DNA from: Planctomycetota bacterium
GTDB taxonomy: Bacteria; Planctomycetota; B15-G4
Reading direction: 5' to 3'
Assembly: GCA_038212275.1 (NCBI GenBank)
Contig: JBBQUR010000011.1
Span: 32,001-96,000, forward strand
Length of the DNA stretch: 64,000 bases
Every line of letters begins with the position of its first letter. Positions within the stretch are counted from its first letter, which is position 1. Shown here one piece after another: positions 38,745 to 46,679 of this stretch. The notes below the pieces were generated by a model, which saw only the letters and a list, made by a program, of their open reading frames with translations, searched no databases and was not told the origin of the DNA. The translations under genes were made by a program, and so were the position numbers.

Positions 38745-40184
38745 TCAGATGGTCTGGCTGAAGCGCTTGCCGCTCTCCTCGGCGCGGCGGCTGCGCAGGT
38801 AGGCGTCGAAGACCATGGCCATGTGGCGCAGGAAGAGGCGGCCGCGCGGCGTGATGTCGAGGCGGCGCGGCGCCAGCGTGCAGAAGCCCTCGTCCGCGAA
38901 GGGCTGCATCTCGGCCCACTCGTCCTGAAAGTGCGTGGCGAGTTCGGGCACGCCGGTCTGCGCTTCCAGTTCGTCGAGGTCCACGCGCATGCGGCACATG
39001 AGCGAGAGAATCGTCGCGCGGCGCAGGTCGTCCTCCGGGCTGCGCAGCATGCCGCGCACCGTGGCGAGGTGGCCGCCCATGAGCGCGGGCTCGTATTCCT
39101 TCGTGCTGCGCGCGTTCTGCAGGAAGGCACCGCCGATGTCGCCGATGGCGGACATCCCGAGACCCACCATGTCCTGCGCAGGTTGCGTCGCGTAGCCCAT
39201 GAAGTTTCGGTGCAACGTGCCGGCAGACAGCGCCTTGAACATGCTGTCGGTCGGCCGCGCGAAGTGGTCCAGGCCGATGACCTCGTAACCGGCGGCGGTG
39301 AGGCGCCCGAGCGCGAGGCCGAAGAGGCGCGCGCGCTCGACGGCCTCGGGAATGTTGCTGCGTTCCAGCACCTTCTGCGCCGGCTTCATCCACGGCACGT
39401 GCGCATAGCCGAAGACCGCGAGTCGGTCGGGCGAGAGCTCGACGATGCGGTCCAGCGTGCGGCCGTAGGTGTCGAGCTTCTGCTCCGGCAGGCCGTACAT
39501 GAGGTCCACGTTGATGCCTTCGATGCCGGCCTGGCGGAAGCGCGCGATGAGGCTCGCGGTCTCGTCGTAGGTCTGGTCGCGCTTCACGATCTGCTGCACG
39601 ACGGAATCGAAGTCCTGCACGCCCATGCTCACGCGGTTGAAGCCGAGCCGCACGAGCAGGTCGGCCTGGCCGTGCGTGGTGATGTGCGGGTCCACCTCGA
39701 TGGACTGCTCGGCGCCGGGCAGGAAGTGGAAGGCCGCCGTGATCATCCCGTGCAGGCGCGACAGTTGAGCCTCGGACAGGAAGGTCGGCGTGCCGCCGCC
39801 CCAATGCATCTGCAGCAGCCCGCGGCGCGTTCCGAGCGCGGCGGCGACGAGCGCGATCTCGCGCTCCACCGCGTCGAGATACTTGTCGGCGCGGCTCTGG
39901 TGGCCGTGGATCTCCACGGTGCAACCGCAGTAGAGGCAGAGGCGCTCGCAGAACGGCAGGTGCACGTAGAGGCAGAGCGCTTCGTCGGGCGTGGCGGCGG
40001 CGCGGGCGTAGGCCGCCATCGCGTCGGCCTCGCGGAAGTCATCGCGCCACTCCGGCGCGGTCGGGTAGCTGGTGTAGCGGGGCCCGGGGCCGGAGAGGCG
40101 CAGGAGCGTGGGCTCGTCGATGGCCAGCGCGGCGAGGGTGTCGGGGGAAGCGCCGGGGTCGGATTCGGAGCCTGGAGTCGGCAT
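38745..40184 (-). CDS. hemN: Oxygen-independent coproporphyrinogen III oxidase
   Basis: GPRYTSYPTA, YVHLPFCERLCLYCGC, GGGTPT, GLDHFA, RNFMGY. Confidence 0.96.
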   Translation of the reverse strand: MPTPGSESDPGASPDTLAALAIDEPTLLRLSGPGPRYTSYPTAPEWRDDFREADAMAAYARAAATPDEALCLYVHLPFCERLCLYCGCTVEIHGHQSRADKYLDAVEREIALVAAALGTRRGLLQMHWGGGTPTFLSEAQLSRLHGMITAAFHFLPGAEQSIEVDPHITTHGQADLLVRLGFNRVSMGVQDFDSVVQQIVKRDQTYDETASLIARFRQAGIEGINVDLMYGLPEQKLDTYGRTLDRIVELSPDRLAVFGYAHVPWMKPAQKVLERSNIPEAVERARLFGLALGRLTAAGYEVIGLDHFARPTDSMFKALSAGTLHRNFMGYATQPAQDMVGLGMSAIGDIGGAFLQNARSTKEYEPALMGGHLATVRGMLRSPEDDLRRATILSLMCRMRVDLDELEAQTGVPELATHFQDEWAEMQPFADEGFCTLAPRRLDITPRGRLFLRHMAMVFDAYLRSRRAEESGKRFSQTI

Positions 40185-40493
40185 GGAGGCCCACGATAGC
40201 GTCCCGGGTCCCCCGGGAGGGACGGCTCCTTCTGCGCCTCTGGAGGTCACGGGCGCGCAGCCCCGCCGTCAAGCACGCACCGGGAAACCGGCGTGGCACG
40301 CGAGAGGATCCGGGTCGTACGGGCCCGTTACCCATGACGGGCGTGAGCTGCGGACCTCTTCCGGCGGCGCGTCAGGGCACCGAAGCGTTGAGCGTGCGTC
40401 GCACCACATGGCCACGGATGATCGACAGGGGAGACTCCAATGGATGTGGGTCAGCCGGTCGCGACTTCCTCGCGTGCGCGGCGCCCGCCACCG

Positions 40494-40853
40494 CTAGGGC
40501 GCCTCCGCCAGCAGCACGGCGGCGATCGGGGCGCCAAGTCGGTAGCCGGCTCCCTGCGGCATGTGCAGCGACTGCCCGACAAGCAGCAGTCCATCGAGTC
40601 CAGGCGGAAGCGGGCCGAGGGCTGCCTGGAAGCTCAAAGCCCCCGAGGCAGGCAGCGCTCCCAGCGACACGATCAGCGGGGGCGGCGGCACGGCCAGCGC
40701 AGCCTGATAGGCGGAAAGGTGGGGCGCGGCGCTGTTCGGCTCGAAGCCCAGCAGCATCAGAATGATGTCACCGGGTGCGCCGCTCACCTGCACGAACTGC
40801 TGACTGCCGACCACCGTCGGCGAGGCGCAGCGCGTGCCGCTGCACGGAAGCAT
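40494..40853 (-). pseudogene. Orphan C-terminal-domain fragment of a secreted protein
   Basis: Resembles the tail of 53782..55071 (LG..PASG...LP.G..G....Q); no signal peptide or passenger domain. Confidence 0.55.
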
Positions 40854-40859
40854 CGGGCG

Positions 40860-41006
40860 CAGCTGACAGTCAAGCCCGTCGTCATGTCGAAGTGCGAGCT
40901 GACGCTGGGACAGTGGCTGCGCTTCGTCGGAAAGAACCCCGGCTTCGTGCAGAATCCTGCAGTCGAGCTGACCGCTGACCGGCCCGTGAACTCGGTCAGC
41001 TGGTGA
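40860..41006 (+). pseudogene. Fragment of an FGE-sulfatase (SUMF1) domain
   Basis: VKPVVMSKCELTLGQW.RFVGKNP...RPVNSVSW then stop. Confidence 0.55.
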
Positions 41007-41147
41007 GCAGGCTGCGCGCTCCGCGTACCGGATCTCTCGGGTGCCGAAGACTACGCGAGGACAAACCCGGATCTCCGGCCCGCCCGTCCCGTCGAACGCG
41101 GCCAGGGAGTCAGTGACGGGCGTTGGCGAGGGTGCTGGTCCGCGCCC

Positions 41148-41441
41148 TCAGTGGCGCAACCAGCATGCATCGCTGACGAGACACATCCCGCCGCACTGGA
41201 CGAGCAGCGCGCGAAGCTCCTCCAGCAGAGACTGCAGCCGCTCGGGAGGGCAGGTGGTGAGAATCAGGTGATTGCCCGAGACGCCGGTGAGTTCGTCGTC
41301 GCGCTGGAGGCCGCGTTCGCCGGCCCCCGTCGCACCCCGGAGGAGTGTCCAGCCTCCCAGTCCGTGGCGCGCAAGCAGTTCGGTGACTCGCCCGCCGTGA
41401 GGCGCGTCGATCACGATCTCAAGACGTTTGACGGGAATCAT
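41148..41441 (-). CDS. sbtB: PII-like regulator SbtB
   Basis: KRLEIVID...G.GERG...GGMCLVSD; overlaps the sbtA stop. Confidence 0.82.
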   Translation of the reverse strand: MIPVKRLEIVIDAPHGGRVTELLARHGLGGWTLLRGATGAGERGLQRDDELTGVSGNHLILTTCPPERLQSLLEELRALLVQCGGMCLVSDACWLRH

Positions 41442-42484
41442 GTCACGCTCCAGAGCGCGTCGATCGCCGCCATGTAGAGCGGGATACCGAGCGCGATGTT
41501 GAACGGAAAGGTCATGGCGAGGGACATCGGCAGGAAGAGGCTCGGATTGGCCTCCGGCAGCATCGAGCGGATCGCGGCGGGCACCGCGATGTAGCTCGCG
41601 GAGGCGCAGAGCACTGTGAGCAGCAGCGCATCACCGCGACCGAGCCCGAGCATGTGCGCGGCCGCAACGGCGAGCGCGCCGTGAAGCAGCGGCGCCACCA
41701 CCGCAAACCCCAGCAGCAGCGGCCCCGACGTGCGCAGCGCCGACAACCGGCGGGCCGCGATCATTCCCATGTCGAGCAGGAAGAGGCACAACACGCCTTT
41801 GAACGGCTCATGCGCGAACGGTGCGACGCTGCGCCAGCCCTTCTCGCCGACGAGGGCGCCGATGGCCAGCGCGCCGATCAGGAGAAAGACCGGGCCGCTC
41901 AGGAAGGCCTCGCGCAACAGCGCCGCGACGGAGCCGTGGCCGACATGCCCGGGCGCCGCGCCCGGCTCCGCACTCGCACCGGGTCCGACACCCGCGCTCA
42001 TCCCGACAACGGCGCCCGCGCCGACACCGGCGCGCCGCGCCAGCAGCACTCCGACCAGGATCGCGGGCGACTCCATGAGCGCCATGGCCGCGACCATGTG
42101 GCCAGACCACGCCACCTGCCGATCATCGAGGAAGCTGCACGCCGTCACGAAGGTCACCGCCGAGATTGACCCGTAGGTCGCGCCGATCGCGGCGGCGTCG
42201 GCGGGCCCCAGACGGCGGCGCAGCAGCAGAAAGGTCGTGAGCGGAAAGCAGGCGCTGGCAACGATGCCGACCGCGAGCGGCAGGAGCGAAGCGGGCGCGA
42301 ATCCCGCGGATGCGAGCTCGACGCCTCCATGCATGCCGATGGCGAAGAGCAGGTAGAGCGAGAGGGCCCGCGTGAACGGCTGCGGGATCTCGAGGTCGGA
42401 TCGCAGCAGCGTGGCCGCCATTCCGAGAGCAAAGAACAGGATGGGCGGCGTGAGCAGGTTGCTCGAGATCAGCGACCAGTCCAC
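41438..42484 (-). CDS. sbtA: Sodium-dependent bicarbonate transporter SbtA family
   Basis: SDLEIP, YGSISAVTF, MESPAI, FLLDMG, SASYIAVPAA, TFPFNI..GIPLY. Confidence 0.92.
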   Translation of the reverse strand: MDWSLISSNLLTPPILFFALGMAATLLRSDLEIPQPFTRALSLYLLFAIGMHGGVELASAGFAPASLLPLAVGIVASACFPLTTFLLLRRRLGPADAAAIGATYGSISAVTFVTACSFLDDRQVAWSGHMVAAMALMESPAILVGVLLARRAGVGAGAVVGMSAGVGPGASAEPGAAPGHVGHGSVAALLREAFLSGPVFLLIGALAIGALVGEKGWRSVAPFAHEPFKGVLCLFLLDMGMIAARRLSALRTSGPLLLGFAVVAPLLHGALAVAAAHMLGLGRGDALLLTVLCASASYIAVPAAIRSMLPEANPSLFLPMSLAMTFPFNIALGIPLYMAAIDALWSVT

Positions 42485-43692
42485 GTCTCTCCCTTCGCCG
42501 GCGGCACGTGGGCGGCATGCGGCACCGGAGTTTCGGGCGAAGCGGCCGGCGCCGGCCCGACGAGCGCGGCGCGTGCCGCCAGCGCCCGGCGCTCGGCCTC
42601 TGCCAGCGTGGGGGCGGCGACGGTCAGGTGCCCCATCTTCCGGCCGGGACGCGCGTGCTGCTTGCCGTACAGGTGCAGGCGTACTCCGGGGTCGGCGAGC
42701 GCGGCGGCAAAATCCGGAGGTCCTGCAGCCCAGGAATCGCCGAGCAGATTGGCCATCACGGCCGCCGGAACGGTGCGCTGCGTGGAGCCGAGCGGCAGCC
42801 CGCACACCGCGCGCACCTGCTGCTCGAACTGACAGCAGACGTGCGCATCCATCGAGACGTGGCCGGAGTTGTGAGGACGCGGGGCAAGCTCGTTCACGAG
42901 CAGCGAACCGTCCGCGAGCAGGAAAAGCTCGACGCACAGCACGCCGATGACCTGCAGGTGCTCGAGCACGTCGCGAGCGATCGCGAGCGCCTCGTCGCGC
43001 ACGCGCGGCGGCACCGGCGCCGGACAGAGCGTCACGTCGAGCACGTGGTCGCGATGGCGATTCAGGACCGGCTCGTAGAGCGCGATCTCGCCGTCGAGCC
43101 CGCGGGCCCCGACGACCGACAGCTCCGCGGCGAAGGGCACGAAGCCTTCGAGCACCGATGGCGCCGCGCCCAGCGAGCGCCAGGCAGGCTCGAGGTCCTC
43201 TGCGCGCTCGACGAGGCGCTGGCCGTGGCCGTCGTAGCCCCAGGCGGCGGTCTTGAGCACGGCCGGGAAGCCGACCGCGGCCGCGGCTGCCTGAAGTTCC
43301 TCCGCCGAGCCCAGCAAGGCGAAGGGCGCTACCGGCAATCCGTTCGCGGTGAGCGCGCGCTTCTCCCGCACGCGGTCCTGAGTCGCGTGCAGCAGCTCCC
43401 CCGACGGCCGCACCGGAGCGTAGCGCGCAGCGGCCTGCGCCGTGGCGGCCGGAACGTTCTCGAACTCGAAGGTCACCGCCGCCACCTCGCGCGCGAAGCG
43501 TTCGACCGCGTCGAGGTCCTCGTAGGACGCGCGGATCTCTCGATACGCGATCTGACCCGCGGGTGTGTCGTCCCCGGGGGCGAAGACGGTGACGCGATAA
43601 CCCATGCGGCGCGCGGCCAGCGTGAACATCCGGCCCAGCTGCCCTCCGCCGAGCACGCCGAGCACGGCGCCGGGCTGAATCGAGGTGCTCAT
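42469..43692 (-). CDS. purK: N5-CAIR synthase
   Basis: [39 protein letters not shown]...RKMGH. Confidence 0.97.
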   Translation of the reverse strand: MSTSIQPGAVLGVLGGGQLGRMFTLAARRMGYRVTVFAPGDDTPAGQIAYREIRASYEDLDAVERFAREVAAVTFEFENVPAATAQAAARYAPVRPSGELLHATQDRVREKRALTANGLPVAPFALLGSAEELQAAAAAVGFPAVLKTAAWGYDGHGQRLVERAEDLEPAWRSLGAAPSVLEGFVPFAAELSVVGARGLDGEIALYEPVLNRHRDHVLDVTLCPAPVPPRVRDEALAIARDVLEHLQVIGVLCVELFLLADGSLLVNELAPRPHNSGHVSMDAHVCCQFEQQVRAVCGLPLGSTQRTVPAAVMANLLGDSWAAGPPDFAAALADPGVRLHLYGKQHARPGRKMGHLTVAAPTLAEAERRALAARAALVGPAPAASPETPVPHAAHVPPAKGETWTGR

Positions 43693-44183
43693 GTCAGCGT
43701 CGCCTCCATCACTTTGCGCTCCTGGGCCTCGTGGAAAGCCTGCAGGCGGGCACGCAGCGCGGGGTCCTCGCCCGCCAGCATGCGCACCGCAAGCAGCGCC
43801 GCGTTGCGCGCCCCGGCCTCGCCGATCGCGAAGGTCGCGACCGGCACGCCGGCCGGCATCTGCACGATGGACAGCAGCGAGTCCACGCCGCGCAGCACGC
43901 GGCTCTCCACGGGCACGCCCAGCACCGGCAGCGCCGTCCAGGCCGCCAGCATGCCCGGCAGGTGGGCCGCCCCACCCGCGCCGGCGATGAGCACGCGCAG
44001 GCCGCGCGCCTCCGCCCCGCGAGCGTAGCTCCGCAGGAGTTCCGGGGTGCGGTGGGCCGAGACGACGCGCGCCTCGCGAGGCACGTCGAACTCGTCGAGA
44101 CATTCGGCGGCGTGGCGCAGCGTCGGCCAGTCCGAGGCGCTGCCCATCACGACGCCGATGAGGGGAGATCGTTCGGAAGGCAT
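43689..44183 (-). CDS. purE: N5-CAIR mutase
   Basis: [37 protein letters not shown]. Confidence 0.97.
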   Translation of the reverse strand: MPSERSPLIGVVMGSASDWPTLRHAAECLDEFDVPREARVVSAHRTPELLRSYARGAEARGLRVLIAGAGGAAHLPGMLAAWTALPVLGVPVESRVLRGVDSLLSIVQMPAGVPVATFAIGEAGARNAALLAVRMLAGEDPALRARLQAFHEAQERKVMEATLT

Positions 44184-44248
44184 GGGACTCCGTGGGAGAC
44201 TGGAGGTTGCTCCGTGGCCGTTCCGGCGGCCGCGGCTATAGAGGAAGC

Positions 44249-44278
44249 ACAATACACGAACGGAACTTCGTATGTCAA
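44249..44278 (-). promoter_or_regulatory. Sigma70-type promoter for the purE operon with an inverted repeat in the spacer
   Basis: TTGACA (44278-44273), 18 bp, TATTGT (44254-44249); ACGAA-N6-TTCGT at 44256-44271. Confidence 0.65.
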
Positions 44279-44631
44279 GCCGCGCCGCAACGTCCCGCCG
44301 CAAGTCCACAGCGCCACCTGCGCCCCAAGCGCCCCCTGCCAAGGCGTGGACCTTCCTGTCGAACCACGCGCACGTGCTCATCTGCCTGGCAGCTGCCCCC
44401 GAACTGCGTCTGCGCGAAGTCGCCGCGCGCGTCGGCATCACCGAGCGCGCGGTGCAGACGATCCTGGCCGACCTCGAGTCCGAGGGCCTCGTGACGCGCC
44501 GGCGCGACGGCCGCTGCAATCGCTATGTGCTGCACCTCGACCAGCCGCTGCGCCACGCGGTCGAGTCACACCGCAGCGTGCGCGAGCTGATCGACTTCGC
44601 GACGCGTACGCCACGGAAGAACAGGAACTGA
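44272..44631 (+). CDS. Winged-helix transcriptional regulator
   Basis: [11 protein letters not shown]...[16 protein letters not shown]...R.GR.N.Y. Confidence 0.9.
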   Translation: MSSRAATSRRKSTAPPAPQAPPAKAWTFLSNHAHVLICLAAAPELRLREVAARVGITERAVQTILADLESEGLVTRRRDGRCNRYVLHLDQPLRHAVESHRSVRELIDFATRTPRKNRN

Positions 44632-44764
44632 GGCGCGGCCCCCCCGGCGCAGGATGCCGGATCTCGCGCAGCACGCGCGCAGCGAACCCTCCGGCAGGAA
44701 CGAGCCCGCCGGCCCGCGGAAACTTCGGGCGCCCCGAAATCCCTTCATGCCCTAGAGTCTCCGC

Positions 44765-46564
44765 ATGACCGCGGCTGATCCCTCCCAGGAGTCTTCGACG
44801 ATGAATCGGATCCGCATCCTCTGCACCGCCACCGCGTTGTCGCTCGGCGCCGTTCCCGCGCCCGCCCAGTGGAGTGCCGACCCGGCCGGCAACCTCGCGG
44901 TGGCGGATGCCGCCAGCGACCAGTCCCAGGCGAAACTCGAGGCTGTCGCCGGCCAGGCCGTGTACCTGAGCTGGTTCGACGGCATCGGCAGCGGCTACGA
45001 CGTGCGCCTGCAGCAGCTCGACGCCGCGGGCCACGAGCTGTTCCCGCACGCGGGCGTGCTCGTGGCGGACCGCGGCTTCAGCTCCACGCAGGACTACGGT
45101 CTCTCGCACAGCGCCACGAACGACGCGCTGCTGGCCTTCCGCGACGATCGTCCCGGCGGCGTGCAGATCACCGCAGCCAAGGTGACCCCCGCCGGCAACC
45201 AGCCCTGGGGTGCGGCCGGCATCCAGCTCACCGCCACGGCTGCTTTCGTGGCCTCGCCGAAGATCGCCGGCACGGCGGACGGCGGCGCCGTGGTCGCCTG
45301 GACTCAGGACTCCTCCGTGCGCCTGCGCAAGCTGGACGCAAGCGGCGTCAAGCAGTGGGCCAGCGACGTCGTGCTCACGCCGGCCGCGGGCACCTACTCG
45401 GTCAGCGACCTGCACGCCGCGGGCAACGACGTCGTGCTCTCGATCGTGCACCAGACAGGCAGCTTCACTTCGCCGAAACAGCTGCGCACGCAGAAGTTCG
45501 ACAGCAACGGCACCGCGCTGTGGGGCGCCTCGCCCGTGTCCGTGTTCGACAGCGGCTCGCTGCAGTTCGGCAACTTCCCGGGCTTCGAGCCGGACGGCTC
45601 CGGTGGCGCGGTGTTCTCGTGGTACGGCACCTCGCCGTTGCAGTGCTGGGCGCAGCACATCAAGTCCGACGGGACCGAGGCCTATCCGCACAACGGCGTG
45701 GCGGTCTCCACCAACGCAGGCCAGGTCCGCGTGAATCCGTGGGCCTCCTACGATGCGGACAACGGCACGACGGTGGTGAGCTGGGTCGAACAGAATTCGC
45801 TGCAGTCCCAGTTCGGCCTGTCGAGCCAGAAGCTCGGCGCGACGGGCAACCGGCTCTGGGGCGCGCAGGGCGCGGTGCAGATCCCGCTCGGCAGCGCCGA
45901 GATCAGCAACGTGCGCAACATCACGTCCGCCGACACCACCTTCGTGTACTGGATGACGGCGCCCTCCTTCGGCCAGGACGTGATCCGCGGCCGGCGCCTC
46001 GCATCCGACGGCAGCACCGACATGGGGCCGTTCGACGTGGCCTCCACACCCAGCGACAAGCTGCGTGTGGCGCTGACGCGTGACAGCGCAGGGCAGATGG
46101 TCCTGGCCTGGACCGACGCGCTGGTCGACGAGGGTGACCTGCTCGCGCAGAACGTGAACTGTGACGGCACGCTGGGTGCACCCGCGCTCGGCGCTCACTG
46201 GACCGACCTCGGACAGGGCCTGGCGGGCCTCACGGGCGTGCCGACGCTGTCGGGCGAAGGCACGCTCTGTGGCGGTGCACCGTTCACGATCACGCTCGCC
46301 AACGCCCGCCCCAACAGCAGCGCGGCGCTGCTGGGCGGCTTCACCCAGGTCTTCCAGCCCTTCAAGGGCGGAGTGCTCGTGCCCAGCCCGGACCTGATCT
46401 TCGTCGGCCTGCCGACCGGCCCCGCGGGTTCGCTCGTGCTGGGCAGCATCTGGCCCGGCAACGTGCCCAGCGGTTTCCAGTTCACGATGCAGTGCTGGAT
46501 CAGCGACGTCGCCGGCCCCAAGGGTTTCTCGGCCAGCAACGGTCTGGAAGCCCAGTCGCCGTAA
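44765..46564 (+). CDS. Secreted repeat protein with 121-aa PFKGG C-terminal domain
   Basis: Signal peptide; DG.GGA...W and G...WG repeats; tail at 46199-46564. Alternative start ATG 44801. Confidence 0.88.
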   Translation: MTAADPSQESSTMNRIRILCTATALSLGAVPAPAQWSADPAGNLAVADAASDQSQAKLEAVAGQAVYLSWFDGIGSGYDVRLQQLDAAGHELFPHAGVLVADRGFSSTQDYGLSHSATNDALLAFRDDRPGGVQITAAKVTPAGNQPWGAAGIQLTATAAFVASPKIAGTADGGAVVAWTQDSSVRLRKLDASGVKQWASDVVLTPAAGTYSVSDLHAAGNDVVLSIVHQTGSFTSPKQLRTQKFDSNGTALWGASPVSVFDSGSLQFGNFPGFEPDGSGGAVFSWYGTSPLQCWAQHIKSDGTEAYPHNGVAVSTNAGQVRVNPWASYDADNGTTVVSWVEQNSLQSQFGLSSQKLGATGNRLWGAQGAVQIPLGSAEISNVRNITSADTTFVYWMTAPSFGQDVIRGRRLASDGSTDMGPFDVASTPSDKLRVALTRDSAGQMVLAWTDALVDEGDLLAQNVNCDGTLGAPALGAHWTDLGQGLAGLTGVPTLSGEGTLCGGAPFTITLANARPNSSAALLGGFTQVFQPFKGGVLVPSPDLIFVGLPTGPAGSLVLGSIWPGNVPSGFQFTMQCWISDVAGPKGFSASNGLEAQSP

Positions 46565-46679
46565 GCGGTCCCGAAACTTCCGCGCGCTTCACGCCCGACG
46601 CGGCCCGCCCGAAGTGACCTGCGCCGGGTGACCTGCGCGTGGAGACGTTCATCAACCCACCCGGACGGCGCTGGACTCG

